Assembly: GCA_015258835.1 (NCBI GenBank)
Contig: JABZHN010000002.1
Span: 16,624-80,623 of the forward strand
Source of the DNA: Atopobium sp.
Lineage (GTDB): Bacteria > Actinomycetota > Coriobacteriia > Coriobacteriales > Atopobiaceae
DNA: 64,000 nt
Direction: 5' to 3'
A model generated the notes under the pieces. That model was not told the origin of the DNA. It ran no database searches and was given only the letters and a program-made list of their open reading frames with translations. The position numbers were made by a program, and so were the translations under genes. This document shows positions 18,334 to 28,156 of the stretch, piece after piece (position 1 is the first letter of the stretch; each line of letters opens with the position of its first letter).

Positions 18334-19539
18334 ATGGCCAAGGAAAAGTTTGACCGCACAAAGCCACACGTAAACATCGGTACCATTGGTCACGTCGACC
18401 ACGGTAAGACTACCCTTACCGCAGCAATCACCAAGGTTCTCTCTGAGACCGAGGGCTGCAAGGCAGACTATACCGCCTTCGAGAACATCGATAAGGCTCC
18501 AGAGGAGCGTCAGCGTGGTATTACCATTTCCGTTGCTCACGTTGAGTACGAGACTTGGGAGCGCCATTACGCTCACGTCGACTGCCCTGGCCACGCAGAC
18601 TACATCAAGAACATGATTTCTGGTGCAGCTCAGATGGACGGCGCAATCCTCGTTATTGCTGCAACCGACGGTCCTATGGCTCAGACTCGTGAGCACATCC
18701 TTCTCGCACGTCAGGTCGGCGTTCCTTACATCGTCGTCTTCCTGAACAAGTGCGACATGGTCGACGATGACGAGCTCATCGACCTCGTCGAGATGGAGAC
18801 CCGTGACCTTCTCTCCGAGTACGACTTCCCAGGCGATGACCTTCCAATCATCCGTGGTTCCGCTCTCGGCGCTCTTAACGGCGAGGAGAAGTGGGTTGAG
18901 TCCATCCGTGAGCTCATGCACACTGTTGACTCCTACATCCCAACACCAGCTCGTGACAACGAGAAGCCATTCCTGATGGCAATCGAGGACGTCATGACTA
19001 TTTCTGGTCGTGGTACCGTTGCTACCGGCCGTGTTGAGCGTGGTGAGCTCAAGCTCAACGATCCAGTCGAGATCGTTGGTATTAAGCCAACTCAGAACTC
19101 TGTTGCTACCGGCATTGAGATGTTCCGTAAGACCATGGACTTCTGCGAGGCTGGCGACAACGTTGGTATTCTTCTTCGTGGTGTTAAGCGCGAGGACATC
19201 GAGCGCGGTCAGGTTCTCTGCAAGCCTGGTACCGTTACTCCACACAAGAAGTTCACCGGTGAGGTTTACGTTCTTACTAAGGAAGAGGGCGGCCGTCACA
19301 CCCCATTCTTCTCTGGTTACCGTCCACAGTTCTACTTCCGTACAACTGACGTAACCGGCGACATCTACGAGCTCACCGATGCAAACGGTGGCAAGGTAGA
19401 GATGGCTATGCCTGGTGACCACATCACCGTTGGCTGCGAGCTCATTCACCCAATCGCTCTTGAGCAGGGTCTGAAGTTCGCTATCCGCGAGGGTGGCCAC
19501 ACCGTCGGCGATGGCCGTGTTTCCACCGTCATCGAGTAA
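18334..19539 (+). CDS. tuf: Elongation factor Tu
   Basis: [32 protein letters not shown]…. The ATG at 18334 has AGGAGGA 7 nt upstream. It is the only tuf in the window. Confidence 0.95.
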   Translation: MAKEKFDRTKPHVNIGTIGHVDHGKTTLTAAITKVLSETEGCKADYTAFENIDKAPEERQRGITISVAHVEYETWERHYAHVDCPGHADYIKNMISGAAQMDGAILVIAATDGPMAQTREHILLARQVGVPYIVVFLNKCDMVDDDELIDLVEMETRDLLSEYDFPGDDLPIIRGSALGALNGEEKWVESIRELMHTVDSYIPTPARDNEKPFLMAIEDVMTISGRGTVATGRVERGELKLNDPVEIVGIKPTQNSVATGIEMFRKTMDFCEAGDNVGILLRGVKREDIERGQVLCKPGTVTPHKKFTGEVYVLTKEEGGRHTPFFSGYRPQFYFRTTDVTGDIYELTDANGGKVEMAMPGDHITVGCELIHPIALEQGLKFAIREGGHTVGDGRVSTVIE

Positions 19540-19563
19540 CTTCTTTTAAAGTTGCTAACTTGC

Positions 19564-19594
19564 CCGGCGTGCTTTTTGCGCGCCGGGTTTTTTG
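19564..19594 (+). terminator. Rho-independent terminator after tuf
   Basis: CCCGGCG-N-CGCCGGG hairpin followed by TTTTTT. Confidence 0.75.
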
Positions 19595-19723
19595 TCGAGA
19601 AAAAATATGTGAACGCCTAGAGTAATTAGAGAAAAGTATTGACATCTCTGGGTAGTGGGTGCTAACCTAAGCAACCGCGTCACATTTCGAGAATACATCT
19701 CGTGACCGTGTTCAGGAGGATCA

Positions 19724-19873
19724 ATGCGTACACTCGTTACTCTCGCCTGCACTGAGTGCAAGCGTCGTAATTACACTACGGACAAGAACAAGTCCAACAA
19801 CCCAGATCGTATGGAGTTGAAGAAGTACTGCCCATGGTGCCACAAGCACACGGTACATCGCGAGACCCGCTAG
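19724..19873 (+). CDS. rpmG: 50S ribosomal protein L33
   Basis: 49 aa [49 protein letters not shown], with RBS GGAGGA. It is too short for the ORF track. Confidence 0.85.
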   Translation: MRTLVTLACTECKRRNYTTDKNKSNNPDRMELKKYCPWCHKHTVHRETR

Positions 19874-19891
19874 GCTAGGTGGGTTCGTTCT

Positions 19892-19967
19892 AGGCCAGTA
19901 GCTCCAATGGTAGAGCGGCGGTCTCCAAAACCGTTTGTTGAGGGTTCGAGTCCTTCCTGGCCTGCCA
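19892..19967 (+). tRNA. tRNA-Trp (anticodon CCA)
   Basis: AGGCCAG/CTGGCCT acceptor, anticodon loop ctCCAaa, lying between rpmG and secE as in many Gram-positives. Confidence 0.85.
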
Positions 19968-20038
19968 GATAACTTCACCGGCCTTCCCATAAGGGTTGGC
20001 CGGTTTGTATGTAGGTATAACATCCAAGGGAGCGTAGG

Positions 20039-20401
20039 ATGGCAAATAAGGAGCGCAATAAGAGGAGCGCACGTAAGGCTCGCGCAGAAGAGCGCGCCCA
20101 GCGTGAGTCCCTTCAGGCTGAAGCTACTCCTGAAGCTTCTGCTAAGGCCACTAAGGTCGAGGCAAAGAAGCAGGAGAAGTCCATTCAGCGTAACGCTAAC
20201 CCTGGCTTCTTTGGCCGCCTGGGTGCTTATTTTGCAGGCGTTCGTACAGAAATGCACCGCGTTGTGTGGCCTTCAAGCTCTGAGCTTGCTGGTTTCTCTG
20301 TAGCCGTAATTGCAACAATCATTTTCTTTGGCTTGGTAACTTGGCTGGTTGATACTGGCATTGTTGCTGGTCTCGTCGCCTTTACTGGACTGAGGGGATA
20401 A
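20039..20401 (+). CDS. secE: Preprotein translocase subunit SecE
   Basis: Basic N-terminal tail and a single C-terminal TM helix. Its position before nusG supports the call. Confidence 0.8.
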   Translation: MANKERNKRSARKARAEERAQRESLQAEATPEASAKATKVEAKKQEKSIQRNANPGFFGRLGAYFAGVRTEMHRVVWPSSSELAGFSVAVIATIIFFGLVTWLVDTGIVAGLVAFTGLRG

Positions 20402-20404
20402 TCA

Positions 20405-20950
20405 ATGGCTAAGCGCTGGTATGTAGTTCACACCTATTCAGGTTATGAGAACAAGGTAAAGACAGACCTTGAGCACCGTATTGAGACCTATGGCCTTGAG
20501 CGTGCTGTTGTTGATATTCAGATTCCTACTGAGGAAGTTACTGAGGTCAAGGACGGCGGTAAGCGCGAGACCAAAGAGTCCAAGGTTTTCCCAGGTTACG
20601 TTCTTGTTCGCATGGAGCTGGATGACAATACTTGGGCTGTTGTTCGCAACACCCCAGGCGTAACTGGTTTTGTTGGCATTGACGGCAAGCCAGTTCCTCT
20701 GCGTCGTGATGAGTTCGATAAGATCATGCGTCGCGGCGGTATGAAGACGGGTAGCCCTGTACCTAAGCGCACAGCAACCAATATTGAGGTCGGTCAGGCA
20801 ATTCACGTTCTTTCTGGTCCTCTCGCTGACTTCGACGGAACTGTTTCTGAGGTCAACGCAGAGTCCGGCAAGATTAAGGTTATGCTCACCATCTTTGGTC
20901 GCGAGACTCCGGTTGAGCTCACCATGGATCAAATTTCCCTGATAGACTAG
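20405..20950 (+). CDS. nusG: Transcription antiterminator NusG
   Basis: NGN domain (MAKRWYVVHTYSGYENKV…) plus KOW. Confidence 0.9.
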   Translation: MAKRWYVVHTYSGYENKVKTDLEHRIETYGLERAVVDIQIPTEEVTEVKDGGKRETKESKVFPGYVLVRMELDDNTWAVVRNTPGVTGFVGIDGKPVPLRRDEFDKIMRRGGMKTGSPVPKRTATNIEVGQAIHVLSGPLADFDGTVSEVNAESGKIKVMLTIFGRETPVELTMDQISLID

Positions 20951-21046
20951 TAACTAACGGCTTATCCCGCACTTCTCGTCCCTTGTGGATTGCTTCTCGG
21001 GAGTGCGCGAGAATAGACTCAAACGTATTCAAACAGGAGGCTTAAC

Positions 21047-21475
21047 ATGCCCGCAAAGAAGGTTGTTAACTTTATTAAGCTGCAGATTCCTGCAGGCCAG
21101 GCAAACCCAGCTCCTCCAGTAGGACCAGCTCTGGGTGCTGCACAGGTCAACATTATGCAGTTCTGCCAGGCGTTCAACGCTGCAACTCAGGACAAGGCTG
21201 GCGACATCATCCCAGTCGAGATTTCTGTTTACGAGGATCGCTCCTTTGACTTCGTAACCAAGACTCCTCCAGCAGCTCAGCTCATCAAGAAGGAGCTTCA
21301 CCTCAAGGGTGGTTCTGGTGTTCCTCAGCGCGATAAGGTTGGCCAGCTCTCCCAGGAGCAGCTCACCAAGATCGCTGAGATCAAGATGCCTGACCTCAAC
21401 GCAAACGACATTGAGGCTGCAAAGAAGATCGTCGCTGGTACCGCTCGTTCCATGGGTGTAACCATCGCCGAGTAG
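21047..21475 (+). CDS. rplK: 50S ribosomal protein L11
   Basis: …[21 protein letters not shown]…. Confidence 0.95.
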   Translation: MPAKKVVNFIKLQIPAGQANPAPPVGPALGAAQVNIMQFCQAFNAATQDKAGDIIPVEISVYEDRSFDFVTKTPPAAQLIKKELHLKGGSGVPQRDKVGQLSQEQLTKIAEIKMPDLNANDIEAAKKIVAGTARSMGVTIAE

Positions 21476-21632
21476 TGTTTACTCCCGTCAGCCATGTGTG
21501 TGGCTGACGGTTGTTTTGTCAGAGCATCCGACGTTAGTGCACGTAGTTGGGTTTCTCGCCAAGAGGGCGTAACTATGGACGGAAGATGCAGGAGTGGGAG
21601 GGCAGACGCCCGCTAACCACAGGAGGTACATA

Positions 21633-22340
21633 ATGCCTAAGCACGGAAAGAACTACAAGAATGCAGTTGCCAAGGTAGACGGTGCAAACCTCTACAGCCC
21701 AAAAGAGGCAGTAACCCTGTCTAAGGAGCTTGCAACTGCTAAGTTTGACGAGACCATTGAGGTAGCAATTCGCCTTGGTGTCGATACTCGTAAGGCTGAC
21801 CAGAACGTTCGCGGTTCTATCTCTCTGCCTCACGGCACTGGTAAGTCCGTTCGCGTTGCAGTCTTCGCAGAGGGCGAGAAGGCCCGCGAGGCTGAGGCAG
21901 CTGGCGCTGACATCGTCGGTGGCGACGAGCTCATCGCAGAGGTCGAGAAGGGCATGCTTGACTTTGACGCAGCAATCGCAACCCCTCAGATGATGGGTAA
22001 GGTTGGCCGTCTTGGTCGCGTTCTTGGTCCTCGTGGCCTTATGCCTAACCCTAAGCTTGGCACCGTTACCATGGATGTTGCAAAGATGGTTAACGAGCTC
22101 AAGGCTGGTCGTGTTGAGTATCGTGCAGACCGTTTTGGTATCTGCCACGTTGCAATCGGCAAGGCTTCTTTTGAGGTCCAGCAGCTTGTTGAGAACTATG
22201 GCGCACTGATCTCCGAGATCATCCGCGTCAAGCCATCCAGCGCAAAGGGTAAGTACGTCAAGACCGTTGCTATTTCCTCTACTATGGGCCCTGGCATCAA
22301 GGTTGATCCAACCAAGGTTCGTAACCTCATGGAGGACTAA
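21633..22340 (+). CDS. rplA: 50S ribosomal protein L1
   Basis: Start at the internal ATG ([11 protein letters not shown]…) with AGGAGG upstream. ORF-track start 21594 is probably leader sequence. Confidence 0.9.
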   Translation: MPKHGKNYKNAVAKVDGANLYSPKEAVTLSKELATAKFDETIEVAIRLGVDTRKADQNVRGSISLPHGTGKSVRVAVFAEGEKAREAEAAGADIVGGDELIAEVEKGMLDFDAAIATPQMMGKVGRLGRVLGPRGLMPNPKLGTVTMDVAKMVNELKAGRVEYRADRFGICHVAIGKASFEVQQLVENYGALISEIIRVKPSSAKGKYVKTVAISSTMGPGIKVDPTKVRNLMED

Positions 22341-22372
22341 GCTAAACGCTTAGAAGTACCTAGCACGTTTAA

Positions 22373-22405
22373 TCCGGTATCTGCTTGCAGGTGCCGGATT
22401 TTTCT
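22373..22405 (+). terminator. Terminator/attenuator after rplA (hairpin-family member)
   Basis: TCCGGTATCTGC-ttgc-AGGTGCCGGA followed by TTTTT. Confidence 0.7.
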
Positions 22406-22408
22406 TGC

Positions 22409-22809
22409 GGAGTGCGCTCGGCATGCGTCGCGCATGTGACTTGCGGCAAGCGGTGCGCATATGGCATGTGGCTTGCGATGTGCACGTGACTTAAGGCGTG
22501 TGCGTAGCTGCTTAGCCGCCCTTCTCGTCAAATTTTTGTGAAGAGAAAGAAATTGCGCGCTCAACCTTGACTTGGATAGTTTTTTGCTGCACAATATCCA
22601 ACGCAAGACAGACGTCTTGTAGTTGCACGTTCGCTGCCAAAGACAGCCGGCGCCTTGAATCCAAGGCTTAATGGGAATTCCCGCCTGCCGAGGTGGTCTT
22701 GAGATTAGTACATCCAGACCCCGCTTTGGTTGCCAAAGTGGGGTCTTTTCATGTGAGGGCCGCACCTGTTGGCGCTCGTGCCCGAGACATGATAAAGGAG
22801 GTGTACTAC
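22409..22809 (+). promoter_or_regulatory. Long untranslated leader of rplJL, the expected site of L10(L12)4 autoregulation
   Basis: A non-coding leader of about 400 bp before rplJ is typical. It contains three copies of GCA[T/C]GTG[A/G]CTT[G/A][C/A]G at 22433..22494. Confidence 0.5.
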
Positions 22810-23331
22810 ATGCCAGCTCAGTCTAAACTTGATTTGCTCGAGAAGGTTTCCGCTTCTCTCGACAATTCCAAGGGCCTGTTTGTTATCGACTATCGTGGTC
22901 TCTCCGTAAAGGAGACTCAGGAGCTTCGCCGCGCACTTACCGCAGCAGGCGCTCACATGAAGGTCTACAAGAACAACATCGTCAAGATTGCTCTTAAGAA
23001 CGCTGGTATGCCAGAGATTGACGAGATGCTCGCCGGTACCTGCGCATACGTTTTCTATGAGAATGATCCTGTCGAGGCCGCTAAGGTCATCAAGGATCAG
23101 GCCAAGAAGCTCAAGAAAGTTGAGTTCATTGGTGGTATCGCTGATGGTCAGGCACTTACCGCTGACGAGGCAAAGGCTTACGCAGACCTTCCTTCTCGCG
23201 AGGAGCTCATTGCAAAGCTTGTCTTCGTTGTTGCAAGCCCACTTACCGGTATTGCACAGGTTTGCGCTGGTCCAGCTCGTGGACTCGCAACCGCTCTTTC
23301 TGCAGTCGCAGATCAGAAAAACGCTGCATAA
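22810..23331 (+). CDS. rplJ: 50S ribosomal protein L10
   Basis: Start at ATG 22810 (MPAQSKLDLLEK…) with AAGGAGG upstream. ORF 22693 includes leader sequence. Confidence 0.9.
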   Translation: MPAQSKLDLLEKVSASLDNSKGLFVIDYRGLSVKETQELRRALTAAGAHMKVYKNNIVKIALKNAGMPEIDEMLAGTCAYVFYENDPVEAAKVIKDQAKKLKKVEFIGGIADGQALTADEAKAYADLPSREELIAKLVFVVASPLTGIAQVCAGPARGLATALSAVADQKNAA

Positions 23332-23463
23332 GCAACGTTTTGTTGTACCCGCGCATTGGCGCAAACCGCGTGAGAGTGTAGACGCACTTAAACGCACACA
23401 TACAAGCCGGGCTTTTGCCCAGATGCAGTACAAAGGCTGCATCGTTTAAAAAGGAGAATTGAC

Positions 23464-23844
23464 ATGGCTGTCACTAAAGATGAGATCATTGAGGCCCTTA
23501 AAGAGATGCCAGCACTCGAGCTTTCTGAGCTCGTTCACGAGCTTGAGGACGTCTTTGGCGTTTCCGCTGCTGCTCCTGTAGCTGTCGCTGCTGCTCCTGC
23601 AGCTGGTGGCGCTGCTGAGGAGGCAGAGGAGAAGACCAACTTTGACGTTGTCCTCGAGGGCTTCGGCGACAACAAGATCGGCGTCATCAAGGTTGTCCGT
23701 GCTCTTACCAACCTTGGTCTCAAGGAGGCAAAGGAGGTCGTCGAGGGTGCTCCTAAGGCAGTCCTCGAGGGCGCTAAGAAGGAGGACGCTGAGGCTGCTA
23801 AGGCTCAGCTCGAGGAGGCTGGCGCTACCGTCACCCTTAAGTAA
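23464..23844 (+). CDS. rplL: 50S ribosomal protein L7/L12
   Basis: Ala-rich hinge and C-terminal domain …[16 protein letters not shown]…. Confidence 0.95.
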   Translation: MAVTKDEIIEALKEMPALELSELVHELEDVFGVSAAAPVAVAAAPAAGGAAEEAEEKTNFDVVLEGFGDNKIGVIKVVRALTNLGLKEAKEVVEGAPKAVLEGAKKEDAEAAKAQLEEAGATVTLK

Positions 23845-23866
23845 GTCCATCCTACATTGCTTACTG

Positions 23867-23898
23867 GAGAGGTCAGACTTCGGTCTGGCCTCTTTTTT
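23867..23898 (+). terminator. Rho-independent terminator after rplL
   Basis: GAGGTCAGAC-ttcg-GTCTGGCCTC followed by TTTTTT. Confidence 0.8.
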
Positions 23899-23960
23899 AT
23901 TTGCCTGGCGAGAAACCCGTGTGCTCGCAAATCGTATGAAGCTGAGGTGCTTTTGCTGCA

Positions 23961-24066
23961 GCCTGAAAAGTGCATCAAGTCTGAGTGATTTGCCGGATTT
24001 TCTCGCCATGTCTGAGCTATTTGCCTGTTTTTCTCGCCTTGTCTGAGTACTTTTGCTCAGACTTGG
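23961..24066. repeat. Second repeat module, copy B' (begins with an inverted copy of the core end GCCTGAAAAGTGCA)
   Basis: Homologous to 17190..17280. It ends in the palindrome GTCTGAG-tacttttg-CTCAGAC. Confidence 0.75.
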
Positions 24067-24138
24067 TGTGCATTTCAGGCTCATAAATCCTGCGTGACAA
24101 CTCATAAATTCCGCGTGACTTACCCCAGCTTCCTCGCA

Positions 24139-24255
24139 CCTGATTTCCTCAAAGAATCTGTAACTTTTGCCTGAAAACGTTAAAGAATCTGTGGATTTGC
24201 CTGATTTTGCAAAAGAATCGGTAGCTCAAATACAGATTCTTTGCACTTTTCAGGC
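24139..24255. repeat. Intergenic modular repeat, core element copy B
   Basis: About 90% identical to 17005..17122 and 37023..37140. Confidence 0.85.
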
Positions 24256-24635
24256 GCACGCAGCAAAAGGCCGGCGCGCCCGGCGAGAAATCCGTGCGCT
24301 CGCACTCACGCCTGGCGAGAAACCCGTGCGCTCGGAGCGCGCTCGGGGCTCGTGGAGCGCCATGCGAAGCGACGCGGCGGGGGAGAGCCGCTCACCGAAA
24401 GCGATTTCTGCCTCCGTGGACCTTCTCCACAAAATCTTCACAACTAGAAAAGACGAGTTAGTTAAGGATTTACCTGCAACATAACGTTTGTGCAGTTGAA
24501 AAACATAAACGCGATAATATAGTCAAAACGTCTTAAAAAATCAAGTGTTTTTCTGTTGACGCGCATTAAAATCTTGACTAAATTACTAGGTTGCGACAAT
24601 TGCCACCTTCCACCCTTTTGAAGGAGGACAACCTG

Positions 24636-27600
24636 GTGTCTACCGCTAAAAAGACTTCCCTCACCACGCCTCAGGCGCATACTGGACGCAGGACGTTCAG
24701 TAAGATTCCCGCAGCTATGGAGCTGCCAAATCTGATTTCTGTACAGAAGGAATCATTTGAGCGCTTTATGGGAGAGGGCCTTGCAGAGTCCTTCGCTGAG
24801 TTCTCGCCAATTGAGAACAGCGCTGGAACCATGCAGGTCACCTTTGGTGACCATCAGTTCGGCGACCCTGCCAATTCAATGGCTGAGTGTCGTGCAAAAG
24901 ACATTTCATATCAAGCACCTCTTTTTGTTGACGTCCGTTTTGTCAACAAAGAGACTGGTGAGATGAAGGAGCAGCTTGTCTTCATGGGTGATTTCCCACT
25001 GATGACTGAGCGCGGTACCTTCATCATCAACGGTTCTGAGCGCGTTGTGGTTTCACAGCTCGTTCGTTCACCTGGCGTGTATTTCTCGTCAGAGATGGAC
25101 AACGGTGTTTTGGTCCACAAGTCTCAGTTCATTCCTGCACGTGGTGCATGGCTCGAGTTTGAGGTTGATAAGCGCGGCCACCTGGTCGTCTCCATTGACC
25201 GCAAGCGTCGCCAGAGCGCTACCGTTTTCCTCCGTGCACTTGGCATCGCTGTTACCGACGACGAGATCCTCTCGCTTCTTGGTGACTCCGATGTTGTTCG
25301 CAACACACTTGAGCGTGATGTTGCAACCACGCGTGAGGATGCACTTATCGAGATTTATCGTCGTCAGCGTCCAGGCGAGCCACCAACTGTTGACTCTGCC
25401 CGTTCTCTGCTTGACGGCCTCTTCTTCAACGAGCAGCGCTATGACCTTGCACGCGTTGGTCGTTACAAGATCAACAAGAAGCTTGAGGAAGAGATTCCTG
25501 CAGACGTTCGTGTCCTTACCAAAGAGGACATCGTTGCAGCTCTTCAGTACCTTCTTGCAGTGCACGCAGGTGATGAGTCTAAGCACCTCGATGACATTGA
25601 CCACTTTGGCAACCGCCGCGTCCGTACCGTTGGCGAGCTGGTCCAGAACCAGTTCCGCATTGGTATGAGCCGCATGGAGCGCGTTGTCCGTGAGCGTATG
25701 GCATCTCAGGACGCAGACGACATCACTCCACAGTCTTTGATCAACATCCGTCCAATTGTTGCTGCAATCAAGGAGTTCTTCGGTTCTTCTCAGCTTTCGC
25801 AGTTCATGGACCAGGCAAACCCACTTGCTGGTTTGACTCACAAGCGTCGTCTCTCTGCTCTGGGACCTGGCGGTCTTGCAGGACACAAGTCCGGCTCCAG
25901 CCGTCGTACCAACGTTCCTACCGCAGTCCGCGACGTTCATAACTCGCACTACTCCCGTATGTGCCCAATCGAGACTCCTGAGGGACCAAACATTGGTCTT
26001 ATCGGCTCCTTGGCACTGTACGCTCACGTAAATGAGTACGGCTTTATCGAGGCTCCTTATCGTAAGGTCACAGGCGGTGTTGTCTCTGATGACATTGTCT
26101 GGATGACTGCAGACGAGGAGGAGAATCACATTATTGCTCCTGCTAACACCCCAATTGACCCTAAGTCTAAGAAGTTTGTTGAGGTTGACGCAGACGGCAA
26201 GATTGTTGATGCAGACCGCGTTATTGCACGTACCCGCGACTTCGACGGTTCCTTCGGTGCACCTGCACAGGTTCCTGTTGAGGACGTTGACTACATGGAC
26301 GTTTCTCCACGTCAGCTTCTCTCCGTCGCAGCTAACCTCATTCCATTCCTTGAGCACGACGACGCAAAGCGTACCCTCATGGGTGCAAACATGCAGCGTC
26401 AGGCAGTGCCTCTGATTCAGTCCCACGCTCCATTTGTTGGAACTGGTATGGAGGGCCGCGCAGCTCAGGACTCTGGTGAGCTTATTTGCGCAGAGTTTGC
26501 CGGCGAGGTCACCGAGGTTGATGCAGCTCACATTGTCATCTACTCCGATGAGCACGGTTCTCAGCGCTACGATCTTCCTAAGTACGAGCGCTCCAACCAG
26601 TCCACTTGCATCAACCACCGTCCAATCGTCACTGTTGGACAGCAGGTCGAGAAAGGCCAGCCAATCGCAGACGGTCCATCTGTTGACCACTCTGAGCTGG
26701 CACTTGGTGCAAACCTTACCGTTGCTTACATGCCATGGGAAGGCTACAACTACGAGGACGGTATTATCGTCTCCGAGCGTGTTGTTCAGGAAGACCTTCT
26801 GACCTCCGTTAACATTTCCCGCCACGAGATTGATGCTCGCGATACCAAGCTTGGTGCTGAGGAGATTACCCGCGAGATTCCAAACCTTGGTGAGGACATG
26901 CTCGCAAACCTCGACGATGACGGTATCATCCGCATCGGCGCTGAGGTTGGCCCTGGCGATATTCTGGTTGGTAAGGTCACTCCTAAGGGTGAGACTGCTC
27001 TGACCGCAGAAGAGCGCCTGCTTCGCGCAATCTTCGGTGCTAAGGCACACGATGTTCGTGATACTTCCCTTAAGATGCCACACGGCTCCTATGGCCGCGT
27101 TGTTGACGTTGTCCGCTTCAGCCGTGAGGCTGGAGACGACCTGCCTCCAGGAGTAAACGACCTGGTCCGCGTCTTTGTTGCTCAGCGCAGAAAGATCCAG
27201 CAGGGCGATAAGATCGCTGGTCGCCACGGTAACAAGGGTGTTATTTGTAAGGTTCTCCCAGTTGAGGACATGCCTTACATGGCAGATGGTACCCCAGTAG
27301 ACGTTATTCTCGACCCACTGGGCGTTCCTTCCCGTATGAACGTTGGTCAGCTGCTTGAGTGCCATCTTGGTTGGGGCGCTGCACACGGTTGGGATGACGA
27401 CGACGCAGATTCTAAGCGTTACGTTGAGGGTCCAATTCCTGTTGCAACACCACTCTTTGACGGTGCTACTGATGAGTCCGTTGCAGAGATTGTTCGCCGC
27501 ACCAACATCAATATGATCAACAAGGCTCTCAAGGAGTACGGCGAGGACATGCGTGAGGAGTTTGTTCCACAGCTCAACGAGCGTGGTAAGACTACCCTCT

Positions 27601-28151
27601 ACGATGGTCGTACCGGCGAGGCATTCAAGAGCCCAATTACCGTTGGTGTTTCTTACATTCTGAAGCTCGGCCACATGGTTGACGATAAGATCCACGCACG
27701 TTCAACTGGTCCTTACTCTCTTGTTACCCAGCAGCCTCTGGGTGGTAAGGCACAGTTCGGCGGTCAGCGCTTTGGTGAGATGGAGGTTTGGGCACTGTAT
27801 GCATACGGTGCTGCTAACGTCCTCCAGGAGATCCTCACCGTTAAGTCTGACGATACCAACGGCCGTGTTAAGACCTATGAGTCCATTGTTAAGGGCGAGA
27901 ACATTCCTACTGCTGGAATTCCTGAGTCCTTCAAGGTTCTGGTCAAAGAGATTCGCTCCCTGGCACTTGACATTGAGCCAATCTCCTATCGTAAGCGTGC
28001 AAATACCGCAAAGGTCACCGATCCTGAGGAGAAGAACGCTGTTGAGATCCTCAACGACCTTGGCTTCACTGAGGTAACCGCTTCCGACCTGTCCCAAGAC
28101 GCTGAGGGTGCATCCGCACTTGTAGGCGACGCGACCACCGATAAGGAGTAG
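24636..28151 (+). CDS. rpoB: DNA-directed RNA polymerase subunit beta
   Basis: Full RpoB conserved blocks. The start is placed at GTG 24636, in frame, with AAGGAGG 8 nt upstream. ORF-track ATG 24591 lacks an RBS. Confidence 0.9.
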   Translation: MSTAKKTSLTTPQAHTGRRTFSKIPAAMELPNLISVQKESFERFMGEGLAESFAEFSPIENSAGTMQVTFGDHQFGDPANSMAECRAKDISYQAPLFVDVRFVNKETGEMKEQLVFMGDFPLMTERGTFIINGSERVVVSQLVRSPGVYFSSEMDNGVLVHKSQFIPARGAWLEFEVDKRGHLVVSIDRKRRQSATVFLRALGIAVTDDEILSLLGDSDVVRNTLERDVATTREDALIEIYRRQRPGEPPTVDSARSLLDGLFFNEQRYDLARVGRYKINKKLEEEIPADVRVLTKEDIVAALQYLLAVHAGDESKHLDDIDHFGNRRVRTVGELVQNQFRIGMSRMERVVRERMASQDADDITPQSLINIRPIVAAIKEFFGSSQLSQFMDQANPLAGLTHKRRLSALGPGGLAGHKSGSSRRTNVPTAVRDVHNSHYSRMCPIETPEGPNIGLIGSLALYAHVNEYGFIEAPYRKVTGGVVSDDIVWMTADEEENHIIAPANTPIDPKSKKFVEVDADGKIVDADRVIARTRDFDGSFGAPAQVPVEDVDYMDVSPRQLLSVAANLIPFLEHDDAKRTLMGANMQRQAVPLIQSHAPFVGTGMEGRAAQDSGELICAEFAGEVTEVDAAHIVIYSDEHGSQRYDLPKYERSNQSTCINHRPIVTVGQQVEKGQPIADGPSVDHSELALGANLTVAYMPWEGYNYEDGIIVSERVVQEDLLTSVNISRHEIDARDTKLGAEEITREIPNLGEDMLANLDDDGIIRIGAEVGPGDILVGKVTPKGETALTAEERLLRAIFGAKAHDVRDTSLKMPHGSYGRVVDVVRFSREAGDDLPPGVNDLVRVFVAQRRKIQQGDKIAGRHGNKGVICKVLPVEDMPYMADGTPVDVILDPLGVPSRMNVGQLLECHLGWGAAHGWDDDDADSKRYVEGPIPVATPLFDGATDESVAEIVRRTNINMINKALKEYGEDMREEFVPQLNERGKTTLYDGRTGEAFKSPITVGVSYILKLGHMVDDKIHARSTGPYSLVTQQPLGGKAQFGGQRFGEMEVWALYAYGAANVLQEILTVKSDDTNGRVKTYESIVKGENIPTAGIPESFKVLVKEIRSLALDIEPISYRKRANTAKVTDPEEKNAVEILNDLGFTEVTASDLSQDAEGASALVGDATTDKE

Positions 28152-28156
28152 CGACT

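Noticed and set aside
22337-22765. 142-aa minus-strand ORF in the rplA-rplJ spacer
   Set aside because: The region is the expected long structured L10 leader. The ORF has no RBS, and its Arg/Ala-rich composition follows from the GC-rich leader.
24167-24484. 105-aa ORF between rplL and rpoB
   Set aside because: It lies entirely within repeat modules (core copy B plus the duplicated 14-mer block). Its composition is dictated by the repeats and it has no RBS.
25089-27695. Long antisense ORFs opposite rpoB (868 aa), rpoC (29171..31966, 931 aa), fusA (33789..36503, 904 aa), tuf (18310..19500), lysS (4812..5813), clpC/disA (8782..9978), nrdD (62418..63839) and the ribosomal genes
   Set aside because: These are typical stop-poor antisense frames of high-GC highly conserved genes. 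The sense-strand genes have unambiguous homology, and the antisense frames have none.
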